From Candidatus Heimdallarchaeota archaeon (GTDB taxonomy: Archaea > Asgardarchaeota > Heimdallarchaeia > Heimdallarchaeales > Heimdallarchaeaceae), in contig DAOVET010000077.1 in NCBI GenBank assembly GCA_030668825.1, positions 1-12,836 of the forward strand: a stretch of 12,836 bases of DNA. The letters are read 5' to 3'. The notes beneath the pieces were generated by a model. The model searched no databases. It was given only the letters and a program-made list of their open reading frames with translations, and had not been told where the DNA came from. This document shows, piece after piece, positions 1 through 7,135 of the stretch. A program made the translations under genes and the position numbers. The stretch's first letter is position 1. Each line of letters opens with the position of its first letter.

Positions 1-86
1 TTTTCGTTGTTAAGTAAATAATTTTTCTCTTCCTCTGATAACAAAGAGTATACAGATATTATTTCTGGAGGAAGATTTTCAATCAT
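1..86 (-). CDS. 5' part of a hypothetical protein running off the left edge (MIENLPPEIISVYSLLSEEEKNYLLNNE...)
   Basis: ATG at 86-84 on the minus strand, frame open to the window edge, divergent from the methyltransferase. Only 28 codons are visible. Confidence 0.5.
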   Translation of the reverse strand, partial: MIENLPPEIISVYSLLSEEEKNYLLNNE

Positions 87-213
87 TGGTTTAACGACTA
101 ATTTAGCTATTAAAAAGTTTGATAAAGTGCGGCTCAATTTGAAAGAAAAATTAATAGTTCAGTTAATGTTTTAAGAATTAACGCATATTTAAAATTGTAC
201 GATTGGAGATTTC

Positions 214-2223
214 ATGCATACTGAAGAGTCAACAAATATCTTGGAAACATATGTAAACCATTTACAAAATATAGGTTTAAATCATCAGGAGAGCTATTCT
301 CTAGTTTTAAAAGTCTGGGTAATGGTCAATAACGAATTTATCAAGATTATAGAAGATAACAAGACTATTTCATTATCGAATATTTATTCCTCTAACAATT
401 TCCATTTATCGGATTTTGTACCCCTCTTTGAATATTACAAGGTTTCTAAGGTTTTGCTTGAGAAAGAGTTAGTTGAAAATTTGTGTGATTTCTTAGCAAA
501 TATAGATATTGGGTTCTTACTCTCGACTATTAAGGATTTAAAATCTAGAAAAGCAATAGGACAATATTTTACAAATCCTGAGATGATAGATCAAGTTTAT
601 CGAAACATAACAAACAACTCAAGATTACAGAGACAATTTTCGGTAATGGATTTCTCTGCGGGATTAGGCTATTTCTTAAAACCATTTCTAAAAGATAATT
701 GCAGTATCTATGGTGTTGAATTAGATCCATTAGTTTATGAATTAATGTTGTTTAGTTTTCTTTTTCATCCTTCACTAACAAACAATGTTAAAACTAGATT
801 AGTACTAACTGTTAAGCAAGGAGATTCTCTAATTGGTTTCAAAGAGAAGACTATTGATGAAATTTTTTCAAAATCTATTATTAAAGCAAATTTTCTTGAA
901 TTTATCTCTCTTAGAAAGAAAATACTTACAATAGATAGAGAAATTGATCTTAATGATTTAAAGGAGTATTATGAGAGAAGAAACTTATTTGCTGAAAGAG
1001 CTAAACACTTCAGAAGTTTCAATTGGGTGGTAGATTTTCCTGAATTATTTTTTGATCAAAAAGGCAATTTGCTAGAAGAAATTGGTGTAGATTATGTTGT
1101 CGGCAATCCACCATGGGTATATTATAAGGATGTAGATGAAAAACAGTATAAGAAAGATATTCTTGATCCTCGGATTTCGAATTTTCTAAGAGGTAAATAC
1201 AACTTTTCCCTTCCTTTCGTGATTTTAGCTCATATCATTTCAAAAGAAAAAGGTAGTTTAGTAGTTCCTCAAGGGATTTTGACTGAAACATATGCTAAAG
1301 AGTGGAGGAAGGAGGTTTTCACTAAAAGGGATATTTCTGAAATAATTCTGTGCAAGAAAAAATGGTTTGAGGAGGTTATCAATGAATTTAGTATCATTTT
1401 CTGGGACAAAAAAAGCAAGTTCTCTGAAATAAAGCTAAGAAATGAAAGAACTGCTTCAGAATTTACAATACCTTATGATTCAATAGACCGGGACTTGAAT
1501 CTATTAAGATTGCTTCCACCAGATATTTTATCATTCCTTAAAAAGATAGAAGCAAAATCACCGTTACTTTCAGACTTTGTTTCAATTAGGCGAGGATTAA
1601 CTCTAAGCAAAGAGTATCAAAATTGCTATAAGAATAGGGAAATGGAAACAGAGACATCAAACCAGATAAAAAAACTACTTAGGAGTAATTCTTTCTTAAA
1701 AAATAAGGAGAATGGTGTATTCAATTTTCAACTCGCTCATTCAGGGGAAACTTTTGTTTATGACAAGAACTTATTAGGGGCACCTGGATCAGAACAACTC
1801 TTTGAACAACCAAAAATAATTCGCCGAAATAGAGGAAACTTGTGGTATATAGGACTGGATTTGAATGGAGATTATTATGTCAATGACATTTTTGATATCA
1901 TGTATTCTAAAAAGAAGCAGATTTCAACTAAAATCATTTATGGCTATCTTTGTTCATCCTTTATTCAACTGCTTGCAGAGAGTCCTTTAGTTAGAGACAT
2001 AACTTCGAATATTGTAAGACAGTTTCCTTTTCCCAAGTTTAAATTCGAACAACTAAGCAAAATAGAGGAAAGTGTTGATAAATGGTTACTTTCTCAAAGT
2101 ACGGAAAATGATTTTTCAAAAATGAGAAAGGAAGTAGATGAGATTGTTTTTGATCATTGGAGATTTCCAGATGAAATTAGAAAGTATATTGAAAATAATG
2201 CTTTTCTCCGCTGGAGAGAGTAG
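214..2223 (+). CDS. N6-adenine DNA methyltransferase, gamma class (TaqI/Eco57I-like) with C-terminal target-recognition region
   Basis: Motifs in gamma order: GQYFT (X), MDFSAGLGYFL (I, SAM binding), GVELDP (II), FNWVVDFPELF, DYVVGNPPW (IV). GGAG at 205-208 upstream of the ATG. Confidence 0.9.
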   Translation: MHTEESTNILETYVNHLQNIGLNHQESYSLVLKVWVMVNNEFIKIIEDNKTISLSNIYSSNNFHLSDFVPLFEYYKVSKVLLEKELVENLCDFLANIDIGFLLSTIKDLKSRKAIGQYFTNPEMIDQVYRNITNNSRLQRQFSVMDFSAGLGYFLKPFLKDNCSIYGVELDPLVYELMLFSFLFHPSLTNNVKTRLVLTVKQGDSLIGFKEKTIDEIFSKSIIKANFLEFISLRKKILTIDREIDLNDLKEYYERRNLFAERAKHFRSFNWVVDFPELFFDQKGNLLEEIGVDYVVGNPPWVYYKDVDEKQYKKDILDPRISNFLRGKYNFSLPFVILAHIISKEKGSLVVPQGILTETYAKEWRKEVFTKRDISEIILCKKKWFEEVINEFSIIFWDKKSKFSEIKLRNERTASEFTIPYDSIDRDLNLLRLLPPDILSFLKKIEAKSPLLSDFVSIRRGLTLSKEYQNCYKNREMETETSNQIKKLLRSNSFLKNKENGVFNFQLAHSGETFVYDKNLLGAPGSEQLFEQPKIIRRNRGNLWYIGLDLNGDYYVNDIFDIMYSKKKQISTKIIYGYLCSSFIQLLAESPLVRDITSNIVRQFPFPKFKFEQLSKIEESVDKWLLSQSTENDFSKMRKEVDEIVFDHWRFPDEIRKYIENNAFLRWRE

Positions 2224-2243
2224 GGAATTTTAAGTCAAATTCC
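2224..2243 (+). terminator. Hairpin immediately after the methyltransferase stop codon
   Basis: GGAATTT-taagtc-AAATTCC, a perfect 7-bp stem. The terminator role is inferred from position only. Confidence 0.35.
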
Positions 2244-2341
2244 TGCTTTAAAGATATTAGAAGACTTCATCAAGCAGTAATATACAAAAATCAAAGAATC
2301 TAGACTAGTTTAAATACTATCCAAGAACGAGCTTAGAAACA

Positions 2342-2365
2342 TTTTTGTCGAAAATTCAAGGTTTT
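2342..2365. repeat. Copy 1 of bipartite direct repeat TTTTTGTCG-N6-CAAGGTTTT
   Basis: The same two 9-mers recur at 2704-2725 with a 4-nt spacer. Confidence 0.6.
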
Positions 2366-2462
2366 AAAGAAAAGTTCCAAGTCAACATGTATGTTTTTAA
2401 TAGTAATTGAATTACATTAACAAAAGATACGCTGTGAATTAAATGGTAAGATCTTTTTTTAA

Positions 2463-2663
2463 TTATATTCTGCGAAATTGCTCCTTCTCCTTTAATTTAA
2501 TGTTTTCAGAGAAGTTTCCTTCATAATACTCCTTAGAAAGGAACTCTTTTAGTGAATCCCTGACAAGCTCAGACCTCGAGTCGTAATTCCCCATTGATAT
2601 CATGTCATTCATCCATTTAATCATGCTATCAGTTACTTTGAAAGTAATTAACCTCTTCTTCAT
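2463..2663 (-). CDS. Ribbon-helix-helix (CopG/Arc/MetJ family) transcriptional regulator
   Basis: 66 aa. N-terminal beta-ribbon LITFKV followed by two helices with the G-x-Y-x-SRSELVR pattern typical of archaeal RHH proteins. Confidence 0.85.
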   Translation of the reverse strand: MKKRLITFKVTDSMIKWMNDMISMGNYDSRSELVRDSLKEFLSKEYYEGNFSENIKLKEKEQFRRI

Positions 2664-2693
2664 TTGTTGACCAAGCTATATGCTTCACACTAT

Positions 2694-2712
2694 ACATATA
2701 ACTTTTTTGTCG
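2694..2712 (-). promoter_or_regulatory. Putative BRE/TATA promoter of the RHH gene
   Basis: Minus strand reads CGACAAAAAAGTTATATGT, about 30 nt upstream of the ATG. Confidence 0.5.
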
Positions 2713-2725
2713 GAAGCAAGGTTTT
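2704..2725. repeat. Copy 2 of bipartite direct repeat TTTTTGTCG-N4-CAAGGTTTT
   Basis: Matches 2342-2365 and overlaps the putative BRE of the RHH gene. Confidence 0.6.
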
Positions 2726-2830
2726 GTAATACCCGAATGTTACACTTCGAAAAAAACGATATAATTAATCTTCAGATTCATTGATTAAATAGTCGATTTT
2801 TTTGATGAACTAGATAAAAAACGTATAGAT

Positions 2831-3949
2831 TTACTTAGTATCTATTCCAAATTCTGCTATTTCTTCCAGCTCATCAGCTTCTTTTTTCCACGCAGAGTAC
2901 TTCTTCATTATTCCTTCAATGTCTCCTGATATTGACCGTGCAAGTTCTGCTCCCGTGGCTTTCTCCGCATCAATTTCCTCTACTTTCTTTATTTCTATGA
3001 TTGGTGGTCCTTTTAGCTCTTCTCTTGCATCCTTCTCTTCTTCTATTCTATCAAGCCAGCTTCTATATTTGTCGATTTCCTCTACTTCTATTCTATGATC
3101 CTTTATCATCTGAAAAATCTCTGTCCTTAGAGGTTTTGAGACATCCCAGGTCATTTGCCAGATTAAATCACTCTGATATTGCGAAAACGTCCTATCCATT
3201 TTCTTTTCAATGAAAGAAACAAATTTCCAAAATTTCTCTCCTAAGATATCAGATATTTTTTTCTCTGCTGTTTTTTCATCAGATTCAATACTTAAAGCAG
3301 TTTGAATCCCTTCTAATTGTTCAAAGACATATTTTCTAATATATGGCCACAAAGTTGGGAATTCTAGCAATTCTTCTTTTTCTTTTATTTGCTCAACTTC
3401 TGATGTTTCTTCTGTGTGTTTTTCCTTCTTTTCTTTCACAGATTGCAATAGTTCATCTATATCTTTGTACCCATTGTTCTTTGCGATCATTTTTAGAGCT
3501 GAATTTATAGAATACAGTAAAGATGCAGGATGTTCCAATTTCGATTCACTCATTAAATCTTCCACAGCTAATTCTGAACCTACAGCCCCTAGTGACAAAG
3601 CAGCTCTACTTTTTACAATTACTTTAGGATCTTTTCTAAGTGAAATTAAAAGAGCAGAAATCGCTTGAGGTGAAGAAAACTTTCCTAAAGACCTTGAAGC
3701 AGCTAATCTGATATTTAATTCATTATCCATAAGACAATAGATTAGTGTTTCAATAGCTCTATGGTCAGCAATTTCAGATAATGCAATGATAGCATAGGTT
3801 CTATTTTCAATTGTATCCTGATTTACTACTTTTATTAAAGGTACAACAGCTCTCTCATCCCTTAGTTCACCTAGTGCCAAAATAGCTTCTTCTCTTTTAT
3901 CAGTTTCCTCGTGACTAAGCTGTTTGATTAGCTTATTTAAGCTGACCAT
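2831..3949 (-). CDS. HEAT-repeat (PBS lyase-like) protein with charged helical C-terminal region
   Basis: About 4-5 repeats of R..A..ALG.(L/I).D.RA...LI. The likely start is the ATG at 3949 (MVSLNK); the ORF-track extension to 3985 looks like AT-rich intergenic DNA. Confidence 0.85.
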   Translation of the reverse strand: MVSLNKLIKQLSHEETDKREEAILALGELRDERAVVPLIKVVNQDTIENRTYAIIALSEIADHRAIETLIYCLMDNELNIRLAASRSLGKFSSPQAISALLISLRKDPKVIVKSRAALSLGAVGSELAVEDLMSESKLEHPASLLYSINSALKMIAKNNGYKDIDELLQSVKEKKEKHTEETSEVEQIKEKEELLEFPTLWPYIRKYVFEQLEGIQTALSIESDEKTAEKKISDILGEKFWKFVSFIEKKMDRTFSQYQSDLIWQMTWDVSKPLRTEIFQMIKDHRIEVEEIDKYRSWLDRIEEEKDAREELKGPPIIEIKKVEEIDAEKATGAELARSISGDIEGIMKKYSAWKKEADELEEIAEFGIDTK

Positions 3950-4028
3950 GTTAATTATAAGAAAGACTAAAAATATAAAAATCATTCTGTCTCCTATTCT
4001 GTTTTGGAGTATTCTGAATTGTTTTGAG

Positions 4029-4055
4029 CTTAAATACTGAATTCAATAATAACCT
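4029..4055 (+). promoter_or_regulatory. Putative TATA-containing promoter of tnpB1; motif shared with the tnpB2 upstream region
   Basis: CTTAAATA at 4029-4036 lies about 22-29 nt before the ATG, a leaderless-type spacing. CTTAAAT..GAA..CAATAATmACCT is also found at 8375-8353 on the minus strand. Confidence 0.45.
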
Positions 4056-4057
4056 AT

Positions 4058-5310
4058 ATGGTACAAGTACTTCGGGTGGAAAGTATTGAGCTTAAGCACC
4101 ATCCATCTCTAAGCAGAGTGTGCCATCAAGTCAAAAATCTCTACAATCGAGCGAACTATCTTATTAAAGATGCTCTAAAAAATGAAGGTAAAAACCTCTA
4201 TTATTATGATCTTAACTCACTTCTAAAACATGAGGAATGCTACAGAATTCTTCCAGCTCAAACAGCTCAACAAAGCCTTAAATTACTTAATCGTAATTGG
4301 AAAGCATACTTTACCGCTATGAAGGAATGGAAAAAAACCCTTCACAGTTTTTTGCAATTCCTCGTCCTCCAAACTACAAAGCAAAAGATGGGGAAGTCAT
4401 TGCGATCTTCTCAAATCAACAAATTAGGATCATCAATGGATGGTTAGTCTTCCCTAAAAAAGTACATTTTTATTACAAAACTCGATTAAGTGCAGCTACA
4501 AAGCTTCGAGAAGTAAGAATTGTTCCAAGAAGAGTAGGATACACACTTGAAATAGTTTATCAAAAAACTATACCAAAGCTACGAAAGAAATCAAGAAGAA
4601 AGGGAGCAATCGATTTAGGGATAATCAACCTTGTGACTTTTGTGGATAACCTCGGGAATAGACCGATTGTTGTCAAAGACACAGGGAAAGGAATTAAATC
4701 AATTACACAGTATTATCTAAAAAAGCAAGCACAATTACAAGCACATTATATGCAACAGCAGAAAAATAAGTTGAAAAAAATAAACAAGTTAAATTATGGA
4801 CCTGCGTATTATCATTTAAGAGAAAAATGGCGAAGGAAGATAAAAGATGCTCTTCACAAACTTACCAAGTTCCTAGTGGAATTGTGTGTAGAACGAGGTA
4901 TACAAGAGGTGATTATTGGATATAATTACAAATGGAAACAAGGAGTTCATTTTCAAAAGAAAACCACTCAAATGTTTGTCACAATTCCCTTTCTCAAACT
5001 CATTAATATGTTGAAATATAAAGGAGCAGAGGAAGGGATTATTGTGGAGATTATGCCAGAAGAGTATACTTCTAAATGCAGTTTTCTCGATAATGAATTC
5101 CCATACAAACATCAGCAATTCAAAGGACGAAGAGTAACTCGTGGTCTCTTCAAATCTGCTCAAGGCATTTACATTAATGCTGATGTTAATGCAGCCTTCA
5201 ATATTTTAGTCAAAAGCGATCCGCAAGCACTTCCTCCGAGAAGTGTGGGCGGGGTAGGAGGATATGTGATGTATCCACTTAGAGTCAGTTTACAAAACAT
5301 GATTCTCTAA
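4058..5310 (+). pseudogene. tnpB: TnpB RNA-guided endonuclease (IS200/IS605/IS607-type), split by a single frameshift in an A7 run at 4331-4337
   Basis: ORFs 4058-4447 and 4297-5310 join at KEWKK|NPS by alignment with tnpB2; one extra A restores 417 aa. RuvC motifs: GAIDLG, EEYTSKCSFLD, INADVNAA. Confidence 0.9.
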
Positions 5311-5373
5311 GAAAGATGTCTAACGTTTGAAAAAATGAACACACGAAAACTCATCATATAGGTTTTGTGCTTT
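5211..5373 (+). ncRNA. Putative omegaRNA (reRNA) of tnpB1: scaffold to about 5357, guide about 5358-5373
   Basis: Overlaps the tnpB 3' end. Stems CACTTC/GAAGTG (5228-5245), GGATAT/GTATCC (5260-5276) and CTTAGAG/CTCTAAG. Blocks CTCTAAGAAAGA (5305-5316) and CATCAT (5352-5357) are shared with tnpB2. Boundaries are approximate. Confidence 0.65.
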
Positions 5374-5404
5374 ATTCCGATGGTTTAACTAGTTAATTTC
5401 AAAA

Positions 5405-6361
5405 TTATAAATGTTTTCGAAAGCTATAATCTTCTTTAGCAATTAATGTAACAGCTGAATCTTCCTTCTCATCGATTATTTTCAGATTAGAATCTTTTAT
5501 GATTTCTTCTGAAAATTCTCTTATCTTCTCATACCTTGGCATAATTTCGTAAGATAATCTCTTTCTAGCATCTCCAACGGACATAAATCCTTTAGGTTCC
5601 AGGAAGTGTGCTTCAGACTTTTCAAACCATTCCCTGAACTTTTCTGGTTCGATCATATTATAACCAGGTACTAAAGTTAATCTCATAACCTTCCTTGTCT
5701 TCAAAGATGGGAGAAGATCTATTGTCTGCAGAATCTTGTCCCAGGCGTCCTTATCTGATGGTCTAGCAGTTTTTTCAAATGATTCTTTTGTTGGGGCAAT
5801 CATAGTCAAATATAGTTGAGATGGTAAAGTATCAAGTTTCTCTAGAACCTTAGGATTGGTTCCATTTGTTACTAAAAAGGTGGTCATTTTCCTAGAATGA
5901 AATTCTTCTATTAGCTCTCCAATACGAGGATAAAAAGTAGGTTCGCCACTTAATGAGATAGCAGCATGCTTAGGATTAAATGCTTCATCATATTTCTCCA
6001 TGGGAACCTTAGCATGGTTTTTGTAGCCTGCTATTAGTTTACGTTGATGATAAATCATAGAATCAACAATTGTTTCTGGATCATCTACTTGACAATCCAT
6101 TGTTCCATTATTATACCATGAAGCACTTCGCCAACAGAAAACGCATTTCAAATTACACCAGATAGTTGCAGGAGTGCATTGTAGACATTGATGAGAAGTG
6201 ATGCCATAGAATTGACTTTTGTAGCAAACCCCTTCACCCTTTAGTGAGTGTTTCAACCATGCACAGGTTTTAACAGCTGAATGATTACCTGCAATTCTAT
6301 ACTGTTGTTTCTCAAGCTTCTCTTTTACTTTGTTTGGAATGGTACATGGTTCGATAGACAT
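5405..6361 (-). CDS. taw1: 4-demethylwyosine synthase Taw1/TYW1 (radical SAM, tRNA-Phe G37 modification)
   Basis: HSAVKTCAW, CYKSQFYGITSHQC, the CxxxCxxC motif CNLKCVFCWR, HAAISLSGEPT, TFLVTNGT. Archaeal length, with no flavodoxin domain. Confidence 0.96.
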   Translation of the reverse strand: MSIEPCTIPNKVKEKLEKQQYRIAGNHSAVKTCAWLKHSLKGEGVCYKSQFYGITSHQCLQCTPATIWCNLKCVFCWRSASWYNNGTMDCQVDDPETIVDSMIYHQRKLIAGYKNHAKVPMEKYDEAFNPKHAAISLSGEPTFYPRIGELIEEFHSRKMTTFLVTNGTNPKVLEKLDTLPSQLYLTMIAPTKESFEKTARPSDKDAWDKILQTIDLLPSLKTRKVMRLTLVPGYNMIEPEKFREWFEKSEAHFLEPKGFMSVGDARKRLSYEIMPRYEKIREFSEEIIKDSNLKIIDEKEDSAVTLIAKEDYSFRKHL

Positions 6362-6463
6362 TAAAACACCAAATAATGAATTCTATTTCAATTTTTCGAA
6401 CAGTATGAAATTGAGGAATTGAAACTGAAATTAGAAAAAAATAATTAATAGGAGATTATTATG

Positions 6464-6859
6464 CTATTTTTTCACTAAAGACTCTAAAGTAATTTCATCT
6501 AAAAATCCAAATCTACTCTGATCACTTATCCATGATTGAGCTTGGAAATCGTTATCAAAGAGCTTGATTTTGTTTTTAATTTCTTTATTTTTAATTTTCT
6601 TCTTCTTCTTGAATAAAAAGGCAATATTTAGAATTATTTTTCCTTTTGTTGCTAGCATGTTAGCAACTTGATTTGCTACTCCTTCAGCTTCATTAGGCTC
6701 ATAAGCTGTAATATCTATGATATAAAACAAGGGTTTCTTAGTATTGTCAAACTGTTCCTTTAGACATCTTTCTAACTCTTTCTCCATCTTATTATCATAA
6801 GACCCCTCAAACCCCATACGAACAATAACCTGGGATAAATACCTAACATGAATTGTCAT
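6464..6859 (-). CDS. STAS/SEC14 (SpoIIAA-like) domain protein
   Basis: About 131 aa alpha/beta pattern with LFYIIDIT, NIAFL and the C-terminal F....A..W motif (LFDNDFQAQSWI). Start may be 6859 or 6868. Confidence 0.55.
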   Translation of the reverse strand: MTIHVRYLSQVIVRMGFEGSYDNKMEKELERCLKEQFDNTKKPLFYIIDITAYEPNEAEGVANQVANMLATKGKIILNIAFLFKKKKKIKNKEIKNKIKLFDNDFQAQSWISDQSRFGFLDEITLESLVKK

Positions 6860-6964
6860 TGATATCACTTATCTAACGTTAATATTTAGATTTGATGAGA
6901 TACTTAAAAACGATTTGATTTAACCATGATTTCCTTTTATTTGCCTTACTTGAAGAAACCATGT

Positions 6965-7135
6965 TTCCACACTAGAATTAATGATGTGTTGTTGTTCCCT
7001 TGTCGCTTAAGACAAGAGGGTTGAGTGTCTTTCTTAGAGGTCATCGTGGGTCTACACTCACTCTATGTGGATACATCACGTATCCTCCTACCCCGTTCAC
7101 ACGCCGTTTAGGCAGTGCTTTCGGATCGCTTTTGA
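6965..7135 (-). ncRNA. Putative omegaRNA of tnpB2: scaffold to about 6981, guide about 6980-6965
   Basis: Stems CAC-T-GCC/GGC-GTG, GGATAC/GTATCC (7085-7069), TAGAG/CTCTA and CTTGTC/GACAAG. CTCTAAGAAAGA (7039-7028) and CATCAT (6986-6981) are shared with tnpB1. Confidence 0.65.

Noticed and set aside
3001-3668. Plus-strand ORFs 3001-3213 and 3414-3668
   Set aside because: Antisense shadows of the HEAT-repeat gene with no protein-like motifs.
3958-3967. TAAGAAAGA upstream of tnpB1 matching the block at both tnpB 3' ends
   Set aside because: The same 9-mer also occurs inside the methyltransferase gene (1149-1157), so it is plausible by chance in A-rich DNA.
4331-4338. Canonical programmed -1 frameshift heptamer A_AAA_AAC
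   Set aside because: It is not in the zero reading frame of the upstream ORF.
4051-5364. Reading the 10-bp inverted match as transposon terminal inverted repeats
   Set aside because: No target-site duplication, it would exclude the promoter, tnpB2 lacks it, and IS200/IS605/IS607 elements do not use TIRs.
5385-5396. Perfect palindrome TTAACTAGTTAA between tnpB1 and taw1
   Set aside because: AT-rich, single occurrence, no loop, and no counterpart at tnpB2.
6379-6420. Imperfect inverted repeat TCAATTT...AAATTGA upstream of taw1
   Set aside because: Weak, mostly A/T stem in a low-complexity spacer; I cannot distinguish it from background.
6965-6980. Search for a target of the predicted tnpB2 guide (TAATTCTAGTGTGGAA) in the window
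   Set aside because: Only chance-level partial matches (e.g. AATTCTAG near 3360) were found by eye.
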